A stretch of 64,000 nt of DNA from Basidiobolus meristosporus CBS 931.73. Lineage: Eukaryota > Fungi > Basidiobolomycota. Below the pieces are notes generated by a model, which was not told the origin of the DNA, did no database searches, and saw only the letters and a list, made by a program, of their open reading frames with translations. Every line of letters begins with the position of its first letter. The stretch's first letter is position 1. The stretch is taken from NCBI GenBank assembly GCA_002104905.1, contig MCFE01000288.1, positions 1-64,000 on the forward strand, in the 5' to 3' direction. Made by a program: the position numbers and the translations under genes. Positions 23,380 through 36,476 of the stretch are shown one piece after another.

Positions 23380-26300
23380 GAATGATGTATTTAACACATA
23401 TATTGATTGTTATACCAGATATATGTAGGTCTACCTATTTCAGAGAGAGGAAAAGGCTCTGTCTAAGCCCAGGAAGTTTAAAACAATGAATATTCAAGAA
23501 ACTGATGCAAAAGCTAAGATATTACACACTGACAATGGAGGAGAACTTTCTTCAAGCCTTATAATCTACTTCCACAAAATTCATGGGAAGAAGCTGGAGT
23601 TTACTGTACTATACTCCCCATTATGAAATGGAATGGCAGAATGTGCAAACAGAGCAATAACCAATGCAGCAGCATCTATGATGCATGATGAGAAATTCCC
23701 CTACAATTTTTGGACAGAATCAGTTTCTACAGCTCTATATCTTGGAATAAGGAGCTATGGCAGAGTAGTTGGAGATTCTACTGCACCTGAGGCATGGTAT
23801 GGATACACGTCAAGTGCAGAACATCTAAGAATAATAGGGTAAACAGCATATGCCCTGAAACTACTTGGATATCAGTCAAAAAATGTAAAATGCATACTTT
23901 TGGGCTACAGCAATGAGAGAAAGGCATACAGACTCTGCAATGCTAAAGGAGAGAAGCTAATCAGGTCCAGGGATGTGTAGTTTGATGATCAGCCACAACA
24001 TTAACAGAAAATGATACTTGACTATGACAAATATCTGATATCACAAATATCCACTGCTGCTATTACTGGAACTTTTCCCTCTGCTGAAAAGTTTGATGGA
24101 TCTAACTACCAAGTGTGGAAGGTGAAGATTGATATGCTGCTACAAGAAAGAGGCCTTTGGGATATTGTCATGGGGAAAGAATACCCTCCTAAAAAAGTGG
24201 GAGAGGAAGCCTTAAAGTACCAGAAGAAAGAATGCAGTGCCTTTAACTACTTTTGCCTTAATGTTAAAGACAAATTGCTAATTCAATGCACAAGAGCAAA
24301 AATGGCAAAGAATGCCTGGAAGGCATTAGAAGAAACTTACAAGTCATGTTCAGCTGCTAAGATAATGTATCTGAGACATAGATTTAATTCACTCAGATCT
24401 GTGTGGACCTATGCAAAATTTATCCTTAGGTGTTACAAAGTATTAGATCACTTTTATTTATGATTATACAAGATACATGGGGTCTACTTCATTGAGAGAA
24501 AACAAGAAGCTCTGTATAAGCTTAGGGAGTTTGGAGTCATGGTGGAGAGAGCAACTGGTGAAAAAATCAGAAAATATGCTCTGACAAAGATTGAGAATAG
24601 ACCTCAAAACTCTTCATCCACTTCTTCACACTTCATGGGATAAAGCAAGAGACTACTGTACCATACTCCCCACAGCTAAATGGAGTAGCAAAGCATGCCA
24701 ACAAATCAATAAATGATATGGCAAGATCTATGTTCCATACTCAATAATTATCCTGTAACTATTAGAAGGAATTAGTTGCCACAGCAGTATACCTTAAAAA
24801 TAGGAGTTGTAACAGAGTACATTGTGATTCTACTCTTTTTGAAGCATGGTATGGATACAGGCCAAGTGCATAACCTTTGAGAATATTTGGGTGTACAACA
24901 TATGCCAAGATACTGCCCAGATATTGGTCAAAACTTGAGCCACAGAGTATAAATGCATATATTTAGACTACTGCAATAAGAGTAAAGCATACAGACTCTA
25001 CAATGCCAAAGCAAAGAAGCTAATCAAGTCCAGTGATGTGTTGTTTGATGAAAATTCAAAGTCTTCACAAAAAAAGACATACAATCATGACAAAAATCAG
25101 ATCTCAAGTCCACCTATTGTCAGGATTGGATCAAAGCAAAACATTGAAAATTTTTCCACTCCAGATAGCTCTACAACCATAGTGCAGCCTGAATCAGTGA
25201 CTAGGAATATCCCAGCAGTGATTATGCTAGTATCAAATGCCTGGTGATCCAACCAGACAAGAAATAGTCCAGATTAGTGTATCAATGAGGATACAAACTT
25301 AGCCTATGCCTATCCAGTCCATACTGATGGGCTCCAGAGTGTAGAAGAGGCCTTAAATAGCCCTCAGGTAAAGCTGTGGAGATCAGCAATGACTGAGGAA
25401 TATCAGGCCCTAATGGAAAATCAAACTTCGACTTAGTCAGATTAGCATTCAACCAAAAATCAATTGGATGCAGATGGGTCTTCAAGACAAAATACAAGGC
25501 TGATGGTACAATTGCAAGATACAAAGCAAAAATTGTGGCCAACAGATACCCTCAAGAAAAATGCCTAGACTGTACTGAGACCTTTGCATAAATAGCCAAG
25601 TTTAATTCTATCAGATTGATATTGGCTATTGCAACCAAATATAAGTTTTTACTCATCAAATGGATATAAAAACTGCATTTTTAGATGGAAAATTGGTGAG
25701 GATGTGTATATGAGCCAGCCTGAGGGGATTGTGGACCAAGATGACTCCCATTTGGTCTGCAAGCTAAAAAAATCTATATATGGTCCCAAGCAATCACCAA
25801 GAGCCTGCAAATGCAACAAAGATACTTATTTGGAATCTCCAAGTTTCATAAAGAGTATTGCTGACTACAGTAAATACTATAGGCCAGATAGAGCAAATTC
25901 AGTTCTTTCAGCACTATATGTAGTGGATCTTATTATAGCCACTAATAACTTAGAAATACAAGGAGAGACTAAATCCAGCCTATCTAAAGAGTTCAAGATG
26001 TCCAATCTAGGGAGACTCAGTAACTACTTAGGGATAAAGTTTACCATAGTCAGAGGTACACAGAATACCACCCTAAGCCAAGCTCAGTATGTCACAATAT
26101 ACTAAAGAAGTAGTAATTGGAAGACTGTAAACTGGCAGCTACCCCAATGGAGACAAACCTTAACTTGGTCAAAACTCTAACAAATGAAGAGAGCTTAGTG
26201 CCATCTGGAAGCCCTGACTTTCCTTATCAATCTATGGCTGACAGTTGGATGTGTATCTTACCTGGAACATGTCCAGATATCTTGTATTCAGTAGAAGTTG

Positions 26301-26981
26301 TCAGCCAGCATAATCAGAACTATGGATCTGATCATATTCCAGTAGTAAAGCAGATTTCAAGATATCTAAAAGGAACTGCTGATATCTGCTTAAGATACAC
26401 TTATAAGAAATCAGAACAGGATCTTGTGGGATACTCTCATGCTGATTGGGGACAAAATTTGGAAGACAGAAGATCAACCACAGGACTTCTATATAGGATA
26501 GCTCAGTCAGCTTAGATTACTGTCCTACAGATGAAACAATTGCAGACATACTTACTAAACCATTAGCTAGAGACAAGTTTGAATTTCTTGGGTAAAAAAT
26601 GGAAATGGTGAGTATGATCTTTCAGTTGAGTGGGAGTGTTGTGAAATCTGCAATCCCACCTAAATATTAACTCAGGCAAGTTGGTTATATTGTTACCTCC
26701 AAATCCTAGAGAATACTTGCCAAAATTCTTGTTGGGATTTACTTGGACTATTTTCACCAAATGGCAGGTACCCAGAATGTGAGAACTCTCCAAGTTGCTC
26801 AAACAGCCCTGTACCCTGCACACATGTTCTTGGGACCTTCCTCAATCTATTCTACATGTTTTAATGCCAAGAACATGTAAAAGTGTAAATACTACTTTTA
26901 CATTCAATAAATTATTAAGGGAAAACCACATAATCTACTTGTTGTCCAAATCACCTCCAATACTTCAACATTCTTACAATA
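23380..26981 (+). mobile_element. Ty1/copia family A relics on +: diverged INT fragment, then a deleted copy with its 3' LTR
   Basis: INT (HTDNGGE, MAECANR) 23400..23990. gag (SAEKFDGSNYQVWK) from about 24040 is fused by deletion to INT at about 24390. RT 25300..26100, RNase H 26117..26515, PPT GAGTGGGAG, LTR 26637..26981. Confidence 0.88.
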
Positions 26982-27052
26982 ACATCAAAATGGAATGGCA
27001 GAATGTGCAAACAGATGCATAACTGAAGTGGTAAATCTATGATCCTTGAACA

Positions 27053-27403
27053 TGTTGTGTTATTCTGAGGAGTATTGGAAGTGATGTGGAGAGCTAGATA
27101 ATATACATGGTTTTCACTTGTAGATTTATTGATCAAAAGTATGGTATTTTTACTTCTGATAAAGTAGAGCAAACAAACATGTAGAGTTTGCTAAGGAAGG
27201 TCCCAAGAATATGTGTGCAAAGTTTGGGGGCTTTTGGACAACTTCAGGAAAGATCATCATCAGGGCACCTGATAATTTGGTGAAAATATTCAAAGTAAAT
27301 CCCAACAAGAAATTTGGTCATTGCAGAATGCTAATCAAAGAATAAGATCTATGTTACTAAGCTAGCATAAATATTTTCTAGTGACAACTTAATAATTACA
27401 ACA
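27053..27403 (-). repeat. Diverged family-A-like 3' LTR with adjacent PPT
   Basis: TGTTGTG...TTACAACA (351 bp) followed by CTCCCACTC; shares CCCAAGAATATGTGTGCAAAGTTTGGGG with the other A LTRs. Confidence 0.8.
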
Positions 27404-27699
27404 CTCCCACTCAAAAAAATAATCATGAGTAATAAATATCTATTGAGAGTGTGCCATCTGTAACAAGTGTTGTGGTGGTGTAGAGGTACTCCTGAGAGCA
27501 GCTACACAAATCAAGGTGTGTGAGGTGTCAGATGGGTGCAATAACCTCTGGGTCTAAATTGCTGGTGTCTTTGTCAATATGTCACTTTGGTAGAACCTCC
27601 GGCTTCTCTAGCTTCCTAGGTACTCCAAGTGTCTCCATAGGCCTCTGTGTGTCTTGTACACTACCCTGAAAAGCTCCTTCATGGCAGGTCTGAGATGTA

Positions 27700-28260
27700 C
27701 TGTTGAAGGCAGGTGCAGTGATCATCTACTAATCAATAAGGTAGAAGTGTTACTGATGGAAGGGATGATTTATTGATGAGGGATTGCTTTCCCTTAAATA
27801 CTTTTCCTGATTGCCAAGTGATTACTAATGACAAGGTTCTAGAAGATTCTAGGTATCAGTGGAATTCTTGATGACATCACTATGAGCTAAAAATATACCA
27901 AGAATGTCCTGGAAGGTTCTAAAAGGTACAGCACAATCAACCAATCATGAATCAGTAGTCTGAAACCTGTGCAACATAGAAATACCATATATGGTATTGA
28001 GATGGTAGGGATGGTAACACAGACCTAGGTCATGTGTCACGGGTACTGACGCAGGTATTTGCCTTATGTATGTACATGTACTGATCACAAAGCCAAATAA
28101 CATATGGGAAAACTAATGCTAATAACTAATCAGGGTAAACATCATATGGGGATAATACCAATAATATGGGCAAAAGAAGAATGGGATAATACTGATAAGA
28201 TAAAATATGGATAAGTATATCATAATGACTCTAGGAATAAACTTGTCTGTGGGAGGTATG
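27700..28260 (-). repeat. LTR-like repeat family C, unassigned
   Basis: Aligns with 31600..32170 (GATTTATTG..GAGGGATTGC, GGAAGGTTCTAAAAGG.ACAGCACA, TCTGAA..CTGTG.AACATAG); AATAAA occurs on the minus strand. Confidence 0.6.
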
Positions 28261-30548
28261 TTTACCCTACCACAGCATATAAGACTTAGCTGTGTTGCAT
28301 ACTGGACTAGTATATTATCCAACAGCATATACATTTGTATTCAACTTATTTGAAGAAGAAAAACTTGTAACTCAATGTGCATATCTACTTAATTGTGTCC
28401 CTAAATATCCAAATGATCTGAGAAAAATACTAATCATTAGTTTTGATCAGTTGTACAAGATTGAATAATGCTCTAAGCACAATTGTCAGATTGTAATACT
28501 GATATATAGCCTCTGGGCTATCCAATGCTTTGTATTTGAGCAAAATTAACTTGCTTTTGGTCAAGTTAAGGGTTTTTCATTTACAGCAGATCCAGAGTTT
28601 CCTTATTTCTGGGCAAAAGTCTAATACATTTAGACAACTTCACTGTATGTCCATATTTGGCTTGGGGACAGTTACTTCCATTGTATAGACTCTATATGAG
28701 GTAAAAAATGACCTATATTGGACCAAGTTAAGGTTTAGTCATTTATGCCTGATCCAGATTATCTTCATTTCATGGCACAGCAGTATATACAAACATGGCC
28801 AAAAAATTATTTTTTGCTCAGCTCTGAGCTGGGATGGGCTGCTCCCACCTGAGCCATGTTGGTTTAGTGGTTCAGATTCACAAAAAAGATCTAGAGTGGT
28901 CATCTTTGTCTTCCTTAAGTAGCATAACTTTTATGGACTGATTACTTCATTTGCAGTAGATTCAAAGTCCACTTGCTTCTTGATTTACCCAGTTTGGTAT
29001 CAGAAAGTACAATTGTTTGTTTGGTAGCTACTTTTAGAGTGCTTTGATACCACTGCTTTTGTCTTATCAGAATATACTTGTGGAGTAGATGCTGGTGCTT
29101 TTCCAGAAGTGAGATTCTCCTTGACAACGGCTTTGATCATTCTTATTCTCCTGATAGTTATTTTCAACCTTGAGCATGGTTTGCAAGACTAACTGATCTT
29201 CTCAGTGTTTTCAGAATCCATCAAAACTATTGGGTTAATCCTTGCACCTTTTTCCTTCAGATCCATTGACAGCAGACATCAAGACTTCTGCATCAAATAA
29301 TCTGCACTGATATATACTAAAGTATCTAACAGATCCTGTTGAAGGATCAAGGCTCTTCTGGGGCTTCTGGCTTGAGGACTTTGTACAAGATGCTCTATGG
29401 AGCATATCTGCATTGTCAGTAAGTCCAAATATAGCCTACATAGACTTTGGTTCCATTTAGGAAGTACCCTAATTTGAGTAGTAGTGTTTTCCCATTTTTC
29501 TTCTTTTTCTTTTTCTGCTGATGATCCAAGGGAAATTCCATTTGTGGGATGATTCTGGACTTCCTTACAGGTGGGACCATGGTGCATATGTACATGGAAG
29601 ACCTCATGACATCATTTGTCCAGAATATTTGACTATTTGAGAGTAATATAGTCTAAATCAGCATCCACTTAGATCAATCATAACTTGTTATAGAGTTGTC
29701 CAAATTTGATCATATAAGCTGCATTTGCAAGCTAGTTTCATCAGTGCTTCAGTATCAGACTTCAATAAATCAGCTCATTGAGTTGCAGAGCTTGACAGTG
29801 ACTTGATCAATCACAATTCTTCTGCTCTGATCCAGAGTATCAAATGTCACCAAGTGTTTTTTCCCACTGTAATAAGTGATATATATATAGCAAGTATAAA
29901 GTACTATGTTATCTTCTGAGTGGCTTGCTGTTTTATACTCTAATTAGGCTTGCAATCACTTGCTTCACTATCTTTGGCTGGTGGTAGAATCTTCTTGAGT
30001 TGATTTAGCTAAATTTGTACAATACTTTCTCCCACTGCTTTGGAAATTAAACAAAGTGATAGTATGTCTAGCAGCTCCATATTTGGCTCCTGGTACATTG
30101 ATTTCAGTATCAAAATACTTGATACAAATAAAGCCTTCTTCAATTGGATGGTGTAGTGCATATCCATACTCCAGGTGGATATATATGTATTATATATCAT
30201 TAGGATCCTTACAACTCAGGGAGCTTGTCGCTGATATCTTTTTCCATTGATAAGTAGTCCAAAATGGTGGTTAACAGCTCCAGTATTTGCATTCACAGTC
30301 TTATTTTGAGTGGCAACAGATTTGGTAAAATCTTTTTCTGGCAATCATTCAGTGATGATCTGTTTTTTTTTGCAATTCAGGATAATATTCTATCCCAAAG
30401 CTTGTCTAACAGTTAGTTGAGGTCATATAAATACATCTGGCAATATATTTCAATGTAGATCTAAACTCTTGTTCTGATGTCATTAAAATTTCTGTTTGGC
30501 CACCAGAACCTTCTGGAACACCATGATTAGTAATCACTTTGCCAGTGA

Positions 30549-30985
30549 CAAGAGTATAGCCAGAGATTGGTATGTATTACAGATGATAGGAAGCCAAGGA
30601 ATGGAGTGCTTAGCAGAAACCAAAAGCTCTGCAATGCAATTTTCAGTTATTTCAGATTGAGAGTAGAGCATACATATGGTTATCTAAAGAAATTCAGCAT
30701 ATTAGGAGGTAAATACAGTGGAAAGTCATATATAGGAAGAAACAGAAGAATAGGTAAAATAGTGAAGATACTTATTAATGTACAGTATACTCATGCAAGA
30801 AGATGTCCACTGAGAGCATTAGGTCTGGAGCATTATGAAGAGTAAATAAAGCAAGGAAAGCACTGTTCCAAGCAAAATATGTAAGATTGTTTAAAGATAC
30901 CAGTGACTGTATCCTACCTCTGGCATAATGGTAGGAATCAGGGTTGCAGGTGGTGCTGTAAAGTGTCAGATTGATCCAGCATGGT
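30549..30985 (+). mobile_element. PHIS transposon fragment H1: transposase C-terminus and subterminal region
   Basis: ORF 30567..30845 (RKPRNGVLSRNQKL..FRLRVEHTYGYLKKFSIL) is homologous to the 44384..45268 transposase. Confidence 0.9.
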
Positions 30986-31429
30986 GATGAAAAAGTCCAA
31001 GGGAGAGATACATCCAACACTTCTCAAGTATTTTGTGTGTGGGGTGCTCACTGGGTGCAATAGCCTCTGGCAAAAGCTTGCTAGGAATGCTTGGGTTCTG
31101 TCTCTAATCCAATGTGATGGGGAATAAAGCCACAAGCTTATAAAGGGAAAGCTATTGAGTTACAATCCCAAACTTAGTTGCCGTCTCAGCAAAAGTATGT
31201 ACTGGGCTCAGCTTCCTTTGTGATGACAGTGTACTAAAGCTTCCAAAGTCTACACCACTGTAAACTTTACCAGCAGGGACTTGATAAGAATGCAGCTACA
31301 GTCAATAGTTATAGAGACAGAAAAGTATATTTGCCTGTACCAGAACAAACTTGGGGAAGAACCAAATATGGTATAAAGTACCTACTCTGAGTAATCCTCA
31401 CAAGTAGGGCCTCCAAGGTCAGTTGGTTG

Positions 31430-32180
31430 TCAGCACAGTTTCCTGAGAGTGTCCTGTGGTCCAGGATTGGAAGTTCAGGTAGCAGCAGGTAGCAGTGATT
31501 ATGCTAATCAACAAGTTTGTATATTAATAAAAGGGATGATGATTTATTATTAAGGGATTGCCCCCCTTATATACCAGTTGGCTGTTTGTGCAGTCTCCAG
31601 GGAGTGTGATGTGGTCAAAGGTTGGAGTTCAGGTAGCAGTAGTCAGCAGTGATCACACTAATCAGCAAGCTGGTATATTGATATAAGATGCAATGATTTA
31701 TTGTTGAGGGATTGCCTTCCTTATCTATTTTTCTCACTGGAAAAGTGATTCCAAATCATGGTGTCCCAGAAGGTTCTGGTGGCCAAATAGAAATCTTAAT
31801 GACATCAGAATGAGCTAAGAATGCTTAAAGTAGGTGCCAGAAGGTTCTAAAAGGCACAGCACACCCAACAAATCAGGAATCAGTACTCTGAAGTCTGTGT
31901 AACATAGGGATAACATATATGGCAGGGAAATGATAGTGATGGTGACACGGTTTGGTATTGTATTATGGGTACTGGCATGGGTACCTGCCTGGTATAGAAG
32001 TACTTTCATCACATGATCTTACATAAAGTGAGGGATAAGCTATGTATAAGGTAAGCAGGTAGGATAGTCAGCCGGCTTACAGGATAGTATTGATGAAGTG
32101 AGACCAATGGGACAAAACTAAAATAAGGGTAGTAGAAAAATATGGAAGTAGAAAATATGGGAATGAGCACATCTGTCAGA
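31430..32180 (-). repeat. LTR-like repeat family C with an internal tandem duplication
   Basis: GGAAGTTCAGGTAGCAG..CAGTGAT..CTAATCA.CAAG..GATTTATT..AGGGATTGCC occurs at about 31470 and about 31625. An inverted fragment lies at about 30470..30548. Confidence 0.6.
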
Positions 32181-32188
32181 GGGTGTCA

Positions 32189-33378
32189 CTGTGATCCCAC
32201 TACAGTGCAAAACTACCAGAACTCACCAAACTGCTCATTTAGACACATGTTCATTGGAGCAGGCCAAGTTGTGTAAGCATTTACATCACATTAGACTCAG
32301 CTGTGGGCTATGCTACTGCATCAAGTTGCACCTACATGTGCTGGCACACCTGATGATCAGCAAGTTACTTCTGGTGAGCTGACTGATAATAACCCACATG
32401 AAGTGTCTTCACCACCAGAGCCTTTGGCAAGTAAAAGAACATGTCTGCAAGTGGCACTTTAAGCTGATTCTGTTATTTTGTCTGGAGCAGTTCAGCATGG
32501 CCAGGCTCCAGCATTGCACTCATCAACTAGGAGGCAAAATACTGACTACAAGCATGCAAGTAGCCAAGATGATAGTCAACAAGGAAGTGGTTCAGGTGTG
32601 CAAAGTCAATCACCACCAATTGCTTCAGCAGTAATTCTTATGAGAAAAATGTCTAGGAGAAAATGAAGCAATTGCGTTGAATTGTTACCATTTGTCATGA
32701 TCCAAGTAATACATTTTCTTTGCAACCCTAATTGAGCCATTGCAAATCAATGAGCACTAAATCTATGTTATAAGTGATATCAAGGTTGTCTGACATCTGA
32801 GACAGTGCCCCTAAAATAAACACCCTGCATATGTATATATCATCTGTAACTCCAGTGCAGCCAGTTGATCTGATTTGCACCTACACAATTGGTTGTGTGC
32901 TTGCTACATGACCTTGTCCAAAAACCAAGATCATAGATTTACTTGCTCAATGGGCAAAATGAGATATTGGATGGTGAATCAAGTAGCTAATGTATTGGTC
33001 AATAAGGCAATGGGGTGCTAACACCTTCAGGATACTGTTAGACCAATCAGCCATTGACATAGCATCCAACTGGAGTGATTGTAACCAGAATAGTAAGTAC
33101 AAGTGTAGTCTATAGTTTGATATGCATTTATCTCTATATACGTTAAAGAAACATATAAAAGTACCAGATTTTACCTACTGCAATAATGGTATCCAAATGT
33201 GCATATGATACAAACATTGCTAGTTAACACAATTGTTGGTGCCATCCTAATGGTGTCAGATAGTGCAATATTGTCTAAGAGCAATCTTCCCTACTGGTAT
33301 CTACAATACCACACCAAATTGTTCTTTGTGACCATCAATTGTGCCACACACTCTGGCATGGTACAATGGAACAGGTCA
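32189..33378 (+). mobile_element. PHIS transposon fragment H2: ORF2 C-terminus and right end
   Basis: Collinear with 46410..47635; ends in the degraded TIR TGGTACAATGGAACAGGTC. Confidence 0.88.
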
Positions 33379-33930
33379 TATATGTGGGTTATTACTGACT
33401 GTACTTGGTAGTTGTGCAAGGTTGTAGGTCAAGTCAGTACCACTTGGCTCAGAATAGCTTCCAATAGAAGGTAGCAAGGTAATAAAGACTAATGTTTATT
33501 ATATTGAAATTTGTCCCTTTCAACTTGTCTCAATTGTATATATATATCTCACTGAGAGGGGCTCAGATGATAGACAATGTGTTACATAGTAGGGGTGTGA
33601 GCACCTTCCTATCATGGTAAGTCTTCTAACTGGGTAAGGACAGGAATAGGAGGAAGGGTGTATCAGGGACTTATTGGGAGGATACTGAGGAGACTTTAGA
33701 TAGGTCTCTGGGGGAATTTTTGGGTAATGAGTGGGTTTTACATTTAGCACTCACATATTCTGGGGGTTAAGAGGAAGCTTTGTCCTTGAGCTTTTATGGC
33801 TAACTTGCTTCTCCAGGGTTGCTTTGTTTATGGAGCATGGGAAGTCACAATAGTACCATTGTTGGCTAACACTTTCAAGGGGATTTCAGGTGTATAACTG
33901 ATACCATTTAGAGGCAGAGTGGGATGTGGC

Positions 33931-36476
33931 ATTTTGCCTCCTAGTTGTTGAGTCCAATGCTGCAGCTTGGCCTCACATAATTGCTCTGGATGATGCTACT
34001 GAGCTAGCCTGCAGTGCTACTTGCTGATGCATTCTTTTACTTGCCAAAGGCTCTGGTGGTGGAGGTACTTCATGTGGGTCATCATCTGTCAGTTTAGCAG
34101 AAGAAACTTGCTGATGGTCAGGTGTAATGGCACATGCAGGTGCAAATTGATGCACTGGCAAGGCCCTTGGCCAAGTTTGATGTAATGCCACTTGTTGATA
34201 CAACTTGGCCCACTCCAATGGACTTGTGCCTAAATGAGCAGTTTAGCAAACTCTGGTTGTTTTGCTCAGAAGTGTGTGTGTTGACCTAACATGTGTCTAC
34301 TCAGTGTGGGGTGCTCTTGTGAAGGGTGTTGGCATAGTTTGGACTGAAGTGCACTGGTGTGCTGAAGTTACAAGCAATGGTGAGGAATCTGGCAAGGAGT
34401 GCTGGTGCAATCTAGACGCTGTTGCTTGAGGTCTGTATTCTTCCTCTTGAAGTTCACCTTCTGATTCCTCAAGGTATTCACTTACCCTCTGTCTGATACT
34501 TTGGAACTGCTGCCTGGATGAGTCCTGTGTATATTGCTCTTGGAAGCCACTTAGCTTTACTAATATATCATGTAAAACATTAGTCATTTGAGGTAAAGAC
34601 TCATTCAAAATCTCTTTGGTTCTTAAAGTGCAGGCAAAATTGGATGCATCCAGCCTGTACTGTGCAAATTGCGCACAAAATTGTTACTGCATGGCTTCCT
34701 TGTAAAATCCTCTCACTCTCAGCTCATTCTTGATTTCAATTCTTGTCTTGATATATGTCTTCTTACATACATCTACTGGCATCTTGAAGAAGAACTCATG
34801 CCACAGCTTTCTACACAGGTTCTTCCATTGCTGTTGACTCTCTGAGGTATCTATCTCTGCTGGATTAATGAATAGTGCCCAAATATTTGTATGAAGGCTC
34901 ATCATAGAGACTTGGGCCATACTAACATCATTTGGTAAGAACACAAACAGATCCAACATTGACATCACCAATCTGGACTGCACTTGTGAGCTGGCAGATG
35001 GGTTTTGTCTGGGTTGTATTAAGAGGAGTTGGGACTTGGTATAGGGACCATAGTAACAGATTTGGATACTTATGTGGTAGTGTATTGGCAACTACCTGGT
35101 CTTATATGAGCTGTGTATGAAAACTAATGTGAATGTTGAGTTTTCCATATATTATGCATGATGCATCTTGGATTGCATTGACATGGATTGGATCCCATCA
35201 ACTGCAGATTTCCTATTTGATTACAGACTTGTGAGTAAATCATCAATAAAGATATAAAGTCATTGATTGAGCATGATTTTTGCAAGATAATGATGGGATA
35301 CATGGCAATTGATGGATATCTAATCATAAAGCATTGAAAATCAGATAAATAATGCTGATTGCGTCAATTTGAATCAATTCACTTCAGCGCAATCACCTAC
35401 TAATTTTAATATGACTTACTCATCTAAATGGACTTTTCTCATCAATCCCATCACTACCACGTGAGTTCCTTTTAGCACACTAGAGGACATCTATACCAAG
35501 TACTGTGGACTATCTACCCCAGTCTACTCAAGGAGATCCCTTTTTAAGCTTCTCTGCAATTACAAGAACTATTGTGCCACAAGGTTTCATCCCTTCATCC
35601 ATGGCAGCCAAAGACCTAGAAGATTTCATTTCCTGCTGACAGCAATGGAGAACTATCTTGCAGAGGGTATGAATGACCTAGAGCAAGCTTGGAATACTAG
35701 GCTCAGAAGCTCTGATAGACTTCCATATTCCAGAGTGTTCAGTAACTGGTTCTATATAAGGAGTATTTTGGATTCCTTCCCAGTCAGGATAAACAGACCT
35801 TCTAGAGGGCAGAGGCACTTTTATTCTGGCAAGTACAAGGCACACTGTGTGAAGCTTCAAGCCCTGTCTGACGTTGAGGGTAACATTATCTGGTTTAGTG
35901 TGCCATTTGCTGCAAGTATGCATGGCAAAGAACTTTGGGTAGCTAAATATTCAGAATTCAGTAGAGGGGAAAATGTATGGCAGACCTAGCTTATATAGCA
36001 GAGGATTGTCAGAGATTAGGATGTAATACAGCTTCTAGGAAGCCAAGGAATAGTGTGCTTAGCCAGAAGCAGAAGCTCTACAATGAGATATTTAATCATT
36101 TCAGAGTGAGGGCAGAGCATACATTTGGATATCTGAAGAGATTCAGCATATTGGCTGGTAAATACAGAGGAATGTCATATATAGGAGAAATCAGCTGAAT
36201 AGGTAACATAGATGGATACCTATTGATGATCAGTATATTCATACAAGAAGACATCTACTGAGTGAAATGTGTCTGGAGTGTTATGTAGAGTAAATAAAGC
36301 AATCAAAGCACTATTCTGAGCAACATAAGTAAGATTAAATAAAATTACCAGTTACTTTATTCTACCACTGGCATTATGGTAGAAATTATAGTGCCAGATG
36401 TTGCTGTAGAGTGCCAAATCAGTCCAGCGCTATAAACAGGCTGGCACTATGTGGCACTATCCAATGGAACAAGTCT
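33931..36476 (+). mobile_element. PHIS transposon copy H3, one end missing; transposase on + (35411..36293), ORF2 on -
   Basis: Broken transposase (ILDSFPVRINRPS, YSGKYKAHCVK, MADLAY, RAEHTFGYLK), ORF2 pieces 34684..35091 and 34297..34608, terminal GCACTATCCAATGGAACAAGTCT followed by AGT. Confidence 0.92.

Noticed and set aside
33380-33930. Segment with TATA- and AATAAA-like signals, possibly another LTR
   Set aside because: No second copy or defined ends in the window.
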